Shown in pieces: positions 7,976 to 17,074 of a stretch of 56,202 nt of DNA. The stretch's first letter is position 1. Every line of letters starts with the position of its first letter. The translations under genes and the position numbers were made by a program. Source of the stretch: an uncultured bacterium. GTDB taxonomy: Bacteria > Patescibacteriota > Minisyncoccia > Phycocordibacterales > PALSA-1337. The notes beneath the pieces were generated by a model. That model ran no database searches and was not told where the DNA came from. It worked only from the letters and a program-made list of their open reading frames with translations. The stretch spans positions 1-56,202 of the forward strand of contig CAIMKX010000048.1 of NCBI GenBank assembly GCA_903842025.1, given 5' to 3'.

Positions 7976-9115
7976 TTATTTTACTTTTCCGTATTTGACG
8001 AGCCAGTTTAATAATCCTTCCAATGGAGTTTCGGCGATACAGACATGACGGTCGCCGCCTCCGTAATAGACCATCAGATTCTTGCCGATGATCACCGCGC
8101 CCGAGGCGTAGACGACCCCCGGCTTGCCGTCATTCTCATAATGCTGATCTGGCTCGAGAATAGGCTGAGGCGAACGGTAGAGGATCTTGGTCGGATCATT
8201 TTGGTCAAGAATCATTGCGCCAAGCTTGTATTTGTTAGGATCAGCCTTGTCCATGGCATGGTAGAGCAAAAGCCAACCAAGGTCAGTTTTCATCGGCGGC
8301 GGTCCGGCACCGCGTACCCAGTTGTCCCAGAAATTCTTGCGTCCACCCTTCGGTGAGCGGCTCTTGATGATTGAATCATCCAACATATCCAAACTCTCGA
8401 CGTAATCCACCAAAACATTTGGCGTTATTCCGTGCAATATCGCGAATTTACCATTGATCTTTTCGGGAAAGATCAGCCAGTTTTTGTTGACTTGACCTTT
8501 TGGTGAGATCAGCTTCGGCTTCCTCCAGTTCCATCTGCCTTGTTTTAAGTCCTCCAAATTTATAGAGGTAAGTCCGATCCTGACGGAATTCCAACCCTCA
8601 AAGGCGACGTAAGTCATGTATACTCTGCCGTCAATAAGAACGGTTCTCGGATCTTCAGAGCCGCCCCAACCACCGCCGGAAGTATAAACGGCCGGATTAT
8701 ATGTTTTCGGTCCCGTGACTGTCGCCGAATCAGGCATGCCGAGTCCGTGAACCGGCTCAAAGACCGGATAGGATGAGCGCTCTCGAAAATCGAAACCATC
8801 CGGGCTTGAGGCGTGACCGACGCGAGAAATGCCGTCGCCTCCGATGGCCCTGTACAAGAGGTGGACCTTTCCTTCATCATCCCGAATAGCCGCCGGATTG
8901 AAGGTACCGCCATGTTCCCATTCGCGGATGGCCTTTGGCGAAATGATAGGGTTCAGACCGTGGCGCTTGAGATCGTAACCTGGCCTGTTCCACTGGCGAT
9001 TCTTCGAGAAGAAACGCGCCCGTACATAATAAATGAGGCTCGCGATAGCGACCAAGACCAGGGCGGAAATTGCGAAAAAGATCGGGGTGTTCGTTGTCAT
9101 TTTAATAAACTGCAT
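7976..9115 (-). CDS. GH130-like glycoside phosphorylase with an N-terminal TM anchor
   Basis: 379 aa. TM segment PIFFAISALVLVAIASLIYYV, then SEDPRTVLIDGRVYMTYVAF and YYGGGD motifs paralogous to the neighbouring gene. Confidence 0.7.
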   Translation of the reverse strand: MQFIKMTTNTPIFFAISALVLVAIASLIYYVRARFFSKNRQWNRPGYDLKRHGLNPIISPKAIREWEHGGTFNPAAIRDDEGKVHLLYRAIGGDGISRVGHASSPDGFDFRERSSYPVFEPVHGLGMPDSATVTGPKTYNPAVYTSGGGWGGSEDPRTVLIDGRVYMTYVAFEGWNSVRIGLTSINLEDLKQGRWNWRKPKLISPKGQVNKNWLIFPEKINGKFAILHGITPNVLVDYVESLDMLDDSIIKSRSPKGGRKNFWDNWVRGAGPPPMKTDLGWLLLYHAMDKADPNKYKLGAMILDQNDPTKILYRSPQPILEPDQHYENDGKPGVVYASGAVIIGKNLMVYYGGGDRHVCIAETPLEGLLNWLVKYGKVK

Positions 9116-9117
9116 TA

Positions 9118-9474
9118 TCAGGCCCTGCCATAGCGATCCTCCAGCCGGACTATGTCTTTCTCGTCAAACTGACCGAAGGCTAATTCCAATAAGACGAGCC
9201 TCGCCGTTCCGCCGGTCAGCCGATGTTTCGTCAGGCGGGGAATGAAACAATCCTGGCCGCCTTTTAACGGAATCAAGTCGGAACCTATCGTGGCCGTGCC
9301 ATCGCCGGAAAGGATGTGCCAATACTCGTCACGATCATTGTGGTACTGCAGACTCAAAGCCTCGCCGGGATTGACCGAAATGATCTTCACCATTGACGGG
9401 GAATTTTTGGTTATCCACAGTTCCTCGCCCCAAGGTCTTTTTTCGGTGAATGTTTTAGGGCACTCATTTGGCAT
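9118..9474 (-). CDS. Cupin-domain protein, type II phosphomannose isomerase-like
   Basis: 118 aa. RPWGEE...KIISVNPGEALSLQYHNDRDEYWHILSGDG resembles the type II PMI cupin signature. Confidence 0.65.
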   Translation of the reverse strand: MPNECPKTFTEKRPWGEELWITKNSPSMVKIISVNPGEALSLQYHNDRDEYWHILSGDGTATIGSDLIPLKGGQDCFIPRLTKHRLTGGTARLVLLELAFGQFDEKDIVRLEDRYGRA

Positions 9475-9528
9475 TTGGCTTTATTATACAATGTATTTGA
9501 CCGCCGCACTAAAAAACTGTGTATAACT

Positions 9529-10194
9529 TTAGGAGTTGAACCGTTTGAAATCTGCCGGAAATATTTGGACGGCGATGTTGTAGATCGAATAGGTGATAAA
9601 GAACGCCGCCAAGACGTCGATGGTATAGTGCAAATGTCCCAGAAGCACGACGATACCGAAAAATACCGCTGAAATTATGCAGAAAATCCTGATCTTGAAA
9701 TTATCCCAGAATATCAGGCCCAAAAGGAAGGGCAGGCCGGTGTGGCCCGAGAAGAAGAGGTCGCCGCCGGAGCTGAAGATGTACATGTTAAAATTGGAAA
9801 AAAGCGCGAATGAATCCAGATTGACGTGATCAGGAAACGGGCCGATATGGGTCAGCGTCATGAAGAGCGAACGGATGACAATAAAGAGCGCCACGGTCTT
9901 GAGCCAAAAAGGCATTTTTTTAGGATGATACAGACAGTAGAGAGAGATGATCGACCAGAAGATTATCGGTCCATAGACGAAGATGTCGTCGACGTTATAG
10001 ACCGGAATATTGGAAAGGAAAATGTCGGTTACGGAATTGCTGGCGATCTCGGTGGCGTAGCTTCCGGCCAGATAGTTGGCGTAAAAACCTCCGCCAAGAA
10101 GGAACAGGGAAAGGATGAAGGAGAAAACAAAATTGGGTTCCCTGAGGGCCAAGAAGTATCTTTCCTTTAATGTCGCGATAAGCGTCCTTGTCAT
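9529..10194 (-). CDS. PAP2_C / sphingomyelin-synthase-like integral membrane protein
   Basis: 221 aa, multi-TM. SSGGDLFFSGHTG and HYTIDVLAAFFITYSIY match the SMS-family D3 (SGHT) and D4 (HYTxDV) motifs. Confidence 0.65.
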   Translation of the reverse strand: MTRTLIATLKERYFLALREPNFVFSFILSLFLLGGGFYANYLAGSYATEIASNSVTDIFLSNIPVYNVDDIFVYGPIIFWSIISLYCLYHPKKMPFWLKTVALFIVIRSLFMTLTHIGPFPDHVNLDSFALFSNFNMYIFSSGGDLFFSGHTGLPFLLGLIFWDNFKIRIFCIISAVFFGIVVLLGHLHYTIDVLAAFFITYSIYNIAVQIFPADFKRFNS

Positions 10195-10250
10195 AAAGTT
10201 AATCTAGGATTTGATTATTATATCAGATATATGCAATAATACCCTCCACC

Positions 10251-11462
10251 ATGAATGTCGAGGACAAGAAGTTCATATACATCCTGATCGGACTGCCGGT
10301 CATAATTTTTGCTCTCTTCCTGGGGATCTACATCGGGGAAAAACAATCCTCAGGTTCAGCGGAAACCGCCTGGACGCCGTCGGCGGCCATTACCCAAGAA
10401 CAATTCGCGCCGTTCTGGAAAGTCTGGCAGGTTTTGAACGACAAGTTCGTCACGGCCGCCAGCACGACCGATCAGGCCAAGATCTATGGTGCCATTCAGG
10501 GGTTGGCCGCCTCATACGGCGATCCTTACACGATCTTCTTTCCGCCGGTCGAGTCCAAGATGTTTCAGGAGGACATTGCCGGAGATTTTGGCGGAGTCGG
10601 CATGGAGATTGCCGTCAAGGACAAACAGCTCCAGGTCGTCTCGCCGATAAAAGGCAGTCCGGCTGACTTGGTCGGCGTCAAAGCCGGCGATTTCATAGTC
10701 TCGATCAACGGTACCTCTACGGTCGGCATGGGCAGTGACGTGGCCGTCAAGCTTATCCGCGGACCCAAGGGAACGGAAGTCAAAATTTCATTCCTGGCTG
10801 TCGGAGCCACCAAGCCCGTAGTCAAGACTATCGTCCGCGATACCATCCAGATACCGACCATCGACACTACGACCAAACCAGGCGGCATATCGGTCATCTC
10901 CCTTTATAGCTTTACCGCCCAATCGCCCAATCTGTTTCGTGACGCTCTTCGCTCATTCGTCATTTCCGGCAACCACAAACTGATCCTCGATCTGCGTCGC
11001 AATCCCGGCGGATATCTGGACGCCGCCTGGGACATGGCCTCCTGGTTCTTGCCCGCCGGCCAGGTCGTCGTTACCGAGGATTTCGGCAAGAATGGCCCGC
11101 CGAACATTTATCGCAGTAAGGGCTACAACATTTTCAACAAGAATCTCCAAATGATGATCCTGGTCGACAACGGTTCGGCTTCAGCCGCTGAAATCTTGGC
11201 CGGAGCGCTTTCCGAGCACGGCGTGGCCAAGCTGGTCGGCGTCAAAACCTTTGGTAAAGGTTCTGTCCAGGAATTAGTGCCGATCACTTCGGATACATCC
11301 TTGAAAGTCACCATAGCTCGCTGGCTGACGCCAAATGGCCACAACTTGTCTCATGACGGGCTTGAGCCGGATTACAAAGTGGAGATTACGGATAAGGACA
11401 CGGCGGCCAAAGTCGATCCTCAGATGAACAAGGCCGTGGAGTTATTACAAGCGTTGCCGTAA
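10251..11462 (+). CDS. Carboxyl-terminal processing protease (S41) with a PDZ domain
   Basis: 403 aa. N-terminal TM, PDZ-like GSPADLVGVKAGDFIVSING, and S41 motifs RRNPGGYLD, GSASAAEILAGAL and FGKGSVQ. Confidence 0.85.
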   Translation: MNVEDKKFIYILIGLPVIIFALFLGIYIGEKQSSGSAETAWTPSAAITQEQFAPFWKVWQVLNDKFVTAASTTDQAKIYGAIQGLAASYGDPYTIFFPPVESKMFQEDIAGDFGGVGMEIAVKDKQLQVVSPIKGSPADLVGVKAGDFIVSINGTSTVGMGSDVAVKLIRGPKGTEVKISFLAVGATKPVVKTIVRDTIQIPTIDTTTKPGGISVISLYSFTAQSPNLFRDALRSFVISGNHKLILDLRRNPGGYLDAAWDMASWFLPAGQVVVTEDFGKNGPPNIYRSKGYNIFNKNLQMMILVDNGSASAAEILAGALSEHGVAKLVGVKTFGKGSVQELVPITSDTSLKVTIARWLTPNGHNLSHDGLEPDYKVEITDKDTAAKVDPQMNKAVELLQALP

Positions 11463-11466
11463 TTAA

Positions 11467-11552
11467 GGAATTTAGAATATGGAATTTAGAATTTAGACAC
11501 ATAAGCAATTGCGTAGGTTCTAAATTCTATATTCCAAATTCATAATTCTAAC
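11467..11552. repeat. Low-complexity palindromic hairpin (ggaatttaga family), copy 1
   Basis: Arms ggaatttagaatatggaatttagaatttaga / tctaaattctatattccaaattc. The 23-nt right arm is identical to 47676-47698. Confidence 0.85.
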
Positions 11553-11556
11553 AAAC

Positions 11557-12036
11557 ATGAAAATAATCTTACTAAAAGACGTAGCCAAACTCGGAAAAAG
11601 ATTTGATGTCAAAGAGGTCAGCAGTGGACATGCTTTAAATTTGCTCATTCCTCAGGGATTGGCAGTCGCGGCGACAGTTGAATCTATTAAGAAAGCAGAA
11701 TTACAGCGAGCTGACATAGAAGGGGAGAGGAAGATTCATGAGGATCTTCTAGTTAAGAACATCAAGGACTTAGAGGATGTTACACTTACAATTTCCGGTA
11801 AAGCCAATGAAAAGGGTCACCTTTTCGCCGGAATTCACAAAGATGTCATAGTTGCGGAATTAAAAAAGCAGACCGAATTACAGATTGATCCTGAATTTAT
11901 CGTTATGGACCAACCTTTGAAGGAAGTCGGGGAACACATCGTTGAGGTTAAGAGGCCAGCCTCCGCCGAAGCTACGGCTGGCAAGGGAGGGAAGACGGCG
12001 AAGTTTAAGGTTGTGATTGAAAAATCTTTGAATTAG
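11557..12036 (+). CDS. rplI: 50S ribosomal protein L9
   Basis: 159 aa. The MKIILLKDVAKLGKRFDVKEVSSGHALNLLIPQGLAV N-terminus is typical of L9. Confidence 0.9.
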   Translation: MKIILLKDVAKLGKRFDVKEVSSGHALNLLIPQGLAVAATVESIKKAELQRADIEGERKIHEDLLVKNIKDLEDVTLTISGKANEKGHLFAGIHKDVIVAELKKQTELQIDPEFIVMDQPLKEVGEHIVEVKRPASAEATAGKGGKTAKFKVVIEKSLN

Positions 12037-12161
12037 AGGTAATCTTTAAAAATACCAATAGTAAGGATGTGGATTCGCCAACAACTGAGAATGAATTGCC
12101 GCATAAGGGTCAGTTAGAAGCTGATCCAACACATGATCAGAGAAGGACTTTAGATGAGAAG

Positions 12162-12191
12162 AAAAGTGACGAAATTATTCGCCACTTTTTT
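12162..12191 (+). terminator. Rho-independent terminator (aaagtgacgaaa palindrome family), probable rplI terminator
   Basis: aaaagtgacgaaattattcgccactttttt: stem with one mismatch, followed by a T-run. Confidence 0.6.
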
Positions 12192-12197
12192 CATGCG

Positions 12198-12225
12198 AAC
12201 AAAAAGGAACCTATGGAGGTTCCTT
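12198..12225 (-). terminator. Rho-independent terminator (minus strand)
   Basis: aaggaacc/ggttcctt 8-bp stem, followed on the minus strand by tttttg. Confidence 0.6.
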
Positions 12226-12253
12226 ATGCAATAGCGTTCCAAGAGCCTTTTAC

Positions 12254-12466
12254 TCATTTTGCCTTGAAGAATGGACGTACCCAGATTGTCTCCGCTCCCG
12301 GCTCAATTTCGAGACCAGGGCATGGACAGAGTTCCCATAACCCGCCGGTTGAATCATATACATCCGATGGTTCCAACTTTTCTCCTGGAATTAATCTCAC
12401 GCCGACGATTTCACGGTTGCTTTTTGGGTGTCGAATCTTCTCGATCAAACCTACTGGTGAATTCAT
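12254..12466 (-). CDS. Hypothetical small protein (70 aa)
   Basis: The ORF is bracketed by two minus-strand terminators (12523-12544 upstream, 12198-12225 downstream). A purine-rich stretch gagaaagaagaaat precedes the ATG. No recognisable motif. Confidence 0.35.
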   Translation of the reverse strand: MNSPVGLIEKIRHPKSNREIVGVRLIPGEKLEPSDVYDSTGGLWELCPCPGLEIEPGAETIWVRPFFKAK

Positions 12467-12522
12467 ATTTCTTCTTTCTCATTTAATCAAGTGTGCCTCT
12501 AGAGATTTCTAACATAATCAAC

Positions 12523-12544
12523 AAAAAAAGGGAAGCGAACTCCC
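12523..12544 (-). terminator. Rho-independent terminator after rpmA
   Basis: On the minus strand, the gggag-ttcgc-ttccc hairpin is followed by ttttttt. Confidence 0.55.
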
Positions 12545-12569
12545 GATTTTCTGAATAGTATTTAATTAC

Positions 12570-12842
12570 CTAAATGACATGTACTATCTTATTTCTCACA
12601 ATATCATTGTTGAAACTAGTCTTTCTTTTGGTGCCAAACTCAACTTTACCGGCTTTGAGAGCGAAAAGGGTATCGTCCTTGCCCATGCCTACATTCCTGC
12701 CTGGCAAAACTGTCGTACCGCGTTGGCGGACTATGATCTGACCAACCCCAATCGTCTGGCCATGATTAATCTTGACCCCCAGGTGTTGTGGATTTGAATC
12801 TCTTCCGTTTTTCGTTGTTCCTGCTGCCTTTTTATGTGCCAT
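12570..12842 (-). CDS. rpmA: 50S ribosomal protein L27
   Basis: 90 aa. [24 protein letters not shown]... is a canonical L27 N-terminus. Confidence 0.92.
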   Translation of the reverse strand: MAHKKAAGTTKNGRDSNPQHLGVKINHGQTIGVGQIIVRQRGTTVLPGRNVGMGKDDTLFALKAGKVEFGTKRKTSFNNDIVRNKIVHVI

Positions 12843-12914
12843 TTTTGTTATTTATCACGGTTAATGAATTAGCACAAGCTTAGCATATTTATAGGGGTTT
12901 GCGCAATAGAGGGG

Positions 12915-12988
12915 AGGGACTAGGGACTAGTCCTGGAACGAACGTTATTGGCATGGATCTAGTCCCTAGTCCCTAAAAACTAGTCCCT
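12915..12988. repeat. tagggactag-family palindromic repeat, copy 1
   Basis: agggactagggactagtcc ... ggatctagtccctagtccctaaaaactagtccct. The block tagtccctagtccctaaaaactagtccct recurs in full at 34499-34527 and, with its sub-blocks rearranged, at 54283-54313. Confidence 0.85.
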
Positions 12989-13110
12989 GCCAGTAAACGG
13001 CTCTAAATAATGGTTTTCGGTGTCAATCGGTGGCTTAGCAGAGCCATATTACGGCACAAAAAGCTTGACTTCTAAACCCAAAGGTGCTATACTGACAGAG
13101 AAATCAGCTA

Positions 13111-13635
13111 GTGAGCGTCATGCTTGCCAAGCTGTTTTTAATTACAAATATGATGGAACTTACAACAGGTGTCGTCTTCTTGATGTCATCGCTCTACGGT
13201 TCAGGTCAAACAAATGTTCACGTTGACAATATCATAAATTCGCAAGATCAGACTGCCGCGGTTTCCGCCGCTGTCATCTCCTTGAGCCCGGCCCAGAAGG
13301 TTGTCGCTCAAAGGATGGCTATCGAAGCTTACTTGCGCCAAGAATTCGCTGATGAGCCTCTTCTCATCGATATCGCCCGCTGTGAGTCCAACTTCCGTCA
13401 GTTTGATGACAAGGGAGACGTCATTCGGGGTATCGTGAATAAGGCTGACGTCGGCATATTCCAGATCAATGAAAGGTATCACGATGAGACCGCCAAGAAG
13501 CTCAATCTCGATCTTCATACCATAGAAGGTAACGTTGCCTACGGCAAACACCTTTATGAAGAGCAGGGGTCCAAGCCATGGTCAGCCTCAGCCAAATGTT
13601 GGTCTGCAGGGAACACGGTATCTAAGAGTAATTAA
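13111..13635 (+). CDS. Lysozyme-like / lytic transglycosylase-like secreted protein
   Basis: 174 aa. N-terminal hydrophobic segment. IARCESNFRQFD...DVGIFQINERYH resembles the catalytic CES...G(I/L)xQI core of lysozyme-like transglycosylases. The start is ambiguous (GTG 13111 or ATG 13120). Confidence 0.6.
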   Translation: MSVMLAKLFLITNMMELTTGVVFLMSSLYGSGQTNVHVDNIINSQDQTAAVSAAVISLSPAQKVVAQRMAIEAYLRQEFADEPLLIDIARCESNFRQFDDKGDVIRGIVNKADVGIFQINERYHDETAKKLNLDLHTIEGNVAYGKHLYEEQGSKPWSASAKCWSAGNTVSKSN

Positions 13636-13651
13636 TAACATTCTCTAAAAC

Positions 13652-13685
13652 AAAAATCCCCCGCACATACGGGGGATTTTTGTTT
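13652..13685 (+). terminator. Rho-independent terminator
   Basis: aaaaatcccccg-cacata-cgggggattttt followed by gttt. Confidence 0.85.
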
Positions 13686-13716
13686 ATCAACTTTAATAAA
13701 TTGACTGGCTTAAACA

Positions 13717-13745
13717 TTGACAAGCGCGGCGCTTGCATGTATAGT
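13717..13745 (+). promoter_or_regulatory. Sigma70-like promoter
   Basis: TTGACA (13717-13722), 17-nt spacer, TATAGT (13740-13745), about 80 nt upstream of the 13827 ORF. Confidence 0.6.
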
Positions 13746-13826
13746 AATGCAGGATCTGAACATTGCCAAAAGAACATTGGCCGAACCGTCAAGACGCTCG
13801 AGATGTTCAGATAAAGGAGATCAACT

Positions 13827-14300
13827 ATGATAATAATTCCCGTAAGGAAGGTCCTTGTAGTCGGCGGTAAACTAAAGCTCGGAAAAACAGTAGAAGTTAC
13901 GATGTCTGTCTGCGACAACGGTCTCATGCAGCCCACAATCCACGTCGGGTGGGATGTTCATGCTAGTGGACGACCGGCAATCGAAATTGAAATGCCTGAA
14001 ATAGGTCCGCGCGCAATCAACTGTAAGCTCGATTTTGAAACGGACATCATGCATATTTGTCCCAAGGATATGCAAGTCACTGACATTGAGCTTGTAAACC
14101 GAATTGAACCAATTTCAGAGATTGCGTTCGTGCGATCACTCGACATAATTCGATTTACAATAGTTAGTCGGTTAAAACGCATACACTTAAAATCCTGCCG
14201 GTGTACCTTTAAACAGTCGCGAGAAGTGATAGAGAAGATGTTTATTATGGGAGACCCTGAATCAGAGCTTGCAATTGGGTATTTTGATGCTCGAGAATAG
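13827..14300 (+). CDS. Hypothetical protein (157 aa), own promoter and terminator
   Basis: The ORF sits between a consensus-like promoter and a clean terminator. No recognisable motif. Confidence 0.55.
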   Translation: MIIIPVRKVLVVGGKLKLGKTVEVTMSVCDNGLMQPTIHVGWDVHASGRPAIEIEMPEIGPRAINCKLDFETDIMHICPKDMQVTDIELVNRIEPISEIAFVRSLDIIRFTIVSRLKRIHLKSCRCTFKQSREVIEKMFIMGDPESELAIGYFDARE

Positions 14301-14323
14301 CAGAGAGAGGAAAGTACAGATTT

Positions 14324-14352
14324 ATCCCGGTCAAATGTTTGACCGGGATTTT
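14324..14352 (+). terminator. Rho-independent terminator
   Basis: atcccggtc-aaatgtt-tgaccgggat followed by ttt. Confidence 0.8.
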
Positions 14353-14527
14353 CAATATTCTAAATTCTCGTGGAGCAGATATATTTTGGATAGACATATA
14401 GACATAAAGAGGGGAGTTCTGTAATCATTAGCGGCAGCGCTAATCTTCTGTATTGAAGCAATGTCGCACAATAGAAACTTATACGACACAAAGGGAAATT
14501 TACGAATCTTTTCTTATGGAAAAGTTA

Positions 14528-14791
14528 TTAGTCAGTGTTCAATGAATAGTCGAGCAACGAGAGCTGAACTTTGTTTTCGTACATCGAGATCTTAAACGAT
14601 CCTGTTCCCGGTGTGTTAACAACGTTCTTTAACGCTTCGTGTTGTTGCTCACTCACCTTAACCGGATAGGCCTGGCCATCAATGGCTACCTGTATCTTCA
14701 AAGATATTCCTTTTTTACCGGTATCCTTGAACTCATACGGTTTAGGAGCTTTAGTAAGCAAAAATACACAAGCGATATTTTCTACTTTCAT
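14528..14791 (-). CDS. Hypothetical protein (87 aa)
   Basis: ORF only; appears beta-rich; no motif recognised. Confidence 0.45.
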   Translation of the reverse strand: MKVENIACVFLLTKAPKPYEFKDTGKKGISLKIQVAIDGQAYPVKVSEQQHEALKNVVNTPGTGSFKISMYENKVQLSLLDYSLNTD

Positions 14792-14939
14792 GAACTTGAT
14801 TATAAAGAGCTGACTTGGTTAATAACTTTTCGACCTATCCTCCAGGAGAACGACTCGCAGGAAAATATACTGTAAGTTTATAACTGGAATAAAAGAACGC
14901 AAGGCAAAACGGTGGATAACTTTTTAATCAATCATCCTG

Positions 14940-15731
14940 TCATTCTGTGGCTTGTTTCCACGCGATTTCGAATATCATTTTCATCATTCCATGAATAACA
15001 GTATCTTCAATGATAATGCCGATAACATTATCTTTTGTGAGTTTTGCTATTGAGACTTTGTTTTGTCCGTAAATCGTCAGTTCAGCTTCATAAGGAAATT
15101 CTTCCTTAGAAATGAATTTCATTTTTGGCCAGAGATTTTTTCTTATGCCAGAAAAAACACTTTTGTCATACACTCTGTCTTCTGGAGTATCCGGTAGAAT
15201 TCCTCTCGTCGTTACACCCAGTCGTTCTTTTCCTTTAATGAATTGTTGAAGATCACGTTTAGGTAGATAGTCCTTAAATAGCTTTGCATTAGAAAACGCA
15301 AGCATTTCATATTTCTTTGGTTCAGATATCATATCAATACAAATGTTTTGCACAGCGTCAGCTCCTTCAAAGAAGCGAATTTTTGGTCTTTGATCTGATG
15401 ATGAAAATAACTCGTTCAGTTTTGGAATAATTTTTTCGGTACTCTTTAACTGATCTTCTGCTAATCGAATTCGATTCTTTGCAAAGTATATAAGTTTTTC
15501 AGGTCGTTCCGGTTGATAGTATGCCTTATTTCTTTTTCTGATCTCGTTAACTAATCCCTTAACCGACAAATCCAAAAGTACCTTATAGACTGTACTTCTT
15601 TTGATTTTGGTGTGTTCAGCGATTCGTGAAGGAAATCCGCCGCCTAGCTCCAAAAGAGCCGAGTATACGGCTGTTTCCTTATCACTTAAACCAGTTTGAT
15701 TGAACCCTATATTGTGCTTATCTGTATTCAT
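14940..15731 (-). CDS. TrmB-family transcriptional regulator
   Basis: N-terminal winged HTH: GLSDKETAVYSALLELGGGFPSRIAEHTKIKRSTVYKVLLDLSVKGLV. The start is placed at the ATG at 15731 (MNTDKHN). Confidence 0.7.
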   Translation of the reverse strand: MNTDKHNIGFNQTGLSDKETAVYSALLELGGGFPSRIAEHTKIKRSTVYKVLLDLSVKGLVNEIRKRNKAYYQPERPEKLIYFAKNRIRLAEDQLKSTEKIIPKLNELFSSSDQRPKIRFFEGADAVQNICIDMISEPKKYEMLAFSNAKLFKDYLPKRDLQQFIKGKERLGVTTRGILPDTPEDRVYDKSVFSGIRKNLWPKMKFISKEEFPYEAELTIYGQNKVSIAKLTKDNVIGIIIEDTVIHGMMKMIFEIAWKQATE

Positions 15732-15907
15732 ACTACAAATAATACTTAAACTGAAAAAACTGTCAATCAGGACGGACAAAGTTAGTCAATGTACTTTTTT
15801 AGCCTTATAATACAGACTTATTCACATATGCGAAGTTTACTTTGAAAGTAAAATATTGTTTAATATACTAACATTGAGGTCATTATCAATTTAGATAATT
15901 ATTAATT

Positions 15908-17011
15908 ATGAATAATAAAAAAACAATTTGGATCACGGTCGGGGTCATCGTGGTCGTAGCTGTGATAGCAATAGTTGCGTTTTCTAGCGGAAGTAATAAA
16001 CAACCCGCAGTAAAACAGACTGTTAAAATAGGTCTCGCATTGCCATTGACTGGCGGTGCAGCATTTCTGGGCGAATCATCTCGGAACGCCGCACAAATGG
16101 CGCTTAGTGATGCTGGACAGACAAAGTATAATTACGATTTAGTCATTGAGGATGATGCGTTCAATCCTGCGAAGACTGCGACGGTTGTGACTAAATTTGT
16201 AAACATAGACAAGGTTTCGGCAATAATCACCTTTGGATCCGGAACAAGCAATGCGGCCGCACCTATTAACGAGAATGCAAAAATTCCGAGATTTGGACTT
16301 GCCTCAGATCCGACTTCAGCAATAGGTGACTACAATTTTATCCACTGGACGCCTCCATTTAAGGAGGGTCAGTTATCAGCGAGTGAAATGGTGAAGAAAG
16401 GATACAAAAATGTAGCAATTGTTGATACCAACCATTCCGGAACTTTGGCTGTTACAAATTCGGTCAAGGAAGCATTGAAGAATACCAGTGTAAAAATCGC
16501 ATCTTATGATCTTACGAATGTTGGCGATAAGGATTTCAGAACGATTATAACCAAGATAAAAGCATTGAAGCCCGATATTGTTTTGGTTGAGATGTTTTCG
16601 CCTGAAATAGAAATATTTGCAAAGCAGATGAAAGAGTTGGGAGTGAAAATACCGATGACAAGTGTTGAGACATTCGAATGGAGCAATGACCCGTCATTGT
16701 TTGAGGGAATGTGGTTCATCTCCGACGCGAAAATCACTCCAAGTTTTGCCGAAAAATATCAGGCAAAATTCAATGATGGACCGAAGCCGGGAGCTACATA
16801 TGTTTATGATCTCGTAACCTTGTTCATCAACAATCAAGAAAAGGCGGATCATGCATTGAGTCCAACAGAAATGAGGGATTCTATCATCAAAACTGGCTAT
16901 GAAAATTCTCCAATCTTTGGGAATATACAAATCGATAAAGATGGGTTCTTTATCACAAACGCTTCAGTAAAGATGATAAAGAATGGAAAAGCAGTATTGA
17001 TTCCAGAATAG
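15908..17011 (+). CDS. ABC transporter substrate-binding protein, Liv (branched-chain amino acid) type
   Basis: 367 aa. Signal/anchor, then VKIGLALPLTGGAAFLGES, typical of the Peripla_BP_6 / LivK family. Confidence 0.8.
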   Translation: MNNKKTIWITVGVIVVVAVIAIVAFSSGSNKQPAVKQTVKIGLALPLTGGAAFLGESSRNAAQMALSDAGQTKYNYDLVIEDDAFNPAKTATVVTKFVNIDKVSAIITFGSGTSNAAAPINENAKIPRFGLASDPTSAIGDYNFIHWTPPFKEGQLSASEMVKKGYKNVAIVDTNHSGTLAVTNSVKEALKNTSVKIASYDLTNVGDKDFRTIITKIKALKPDIVLVEMFSPEIEIFAKQMKELGVKIPMTSVETFEWSNDPSLFEGMWFISDAKITPSFAEKYQAKFNDGPKPGATYVYDLVTLFINNQEKADHALSPTEMRDSIIKTGYENSPIFGNIQIDKDGFFITNASVKMIKNGKAVLIPE

Positions 17012-17074
17012 TAGAATTATCAGCAAAACAAGGATCGCTCGATAACGGGCGATTTTTGTTGTATAGTTATTGTC

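Noticed and set aside
12069-12512. 147-aa GTG-initiated ORF between rplI and rpmA
   Set aside because: It contains a plus-strand rho-independent terminator and two minus-strand terminators. Its composition is not protein-like, and it has no RBS.
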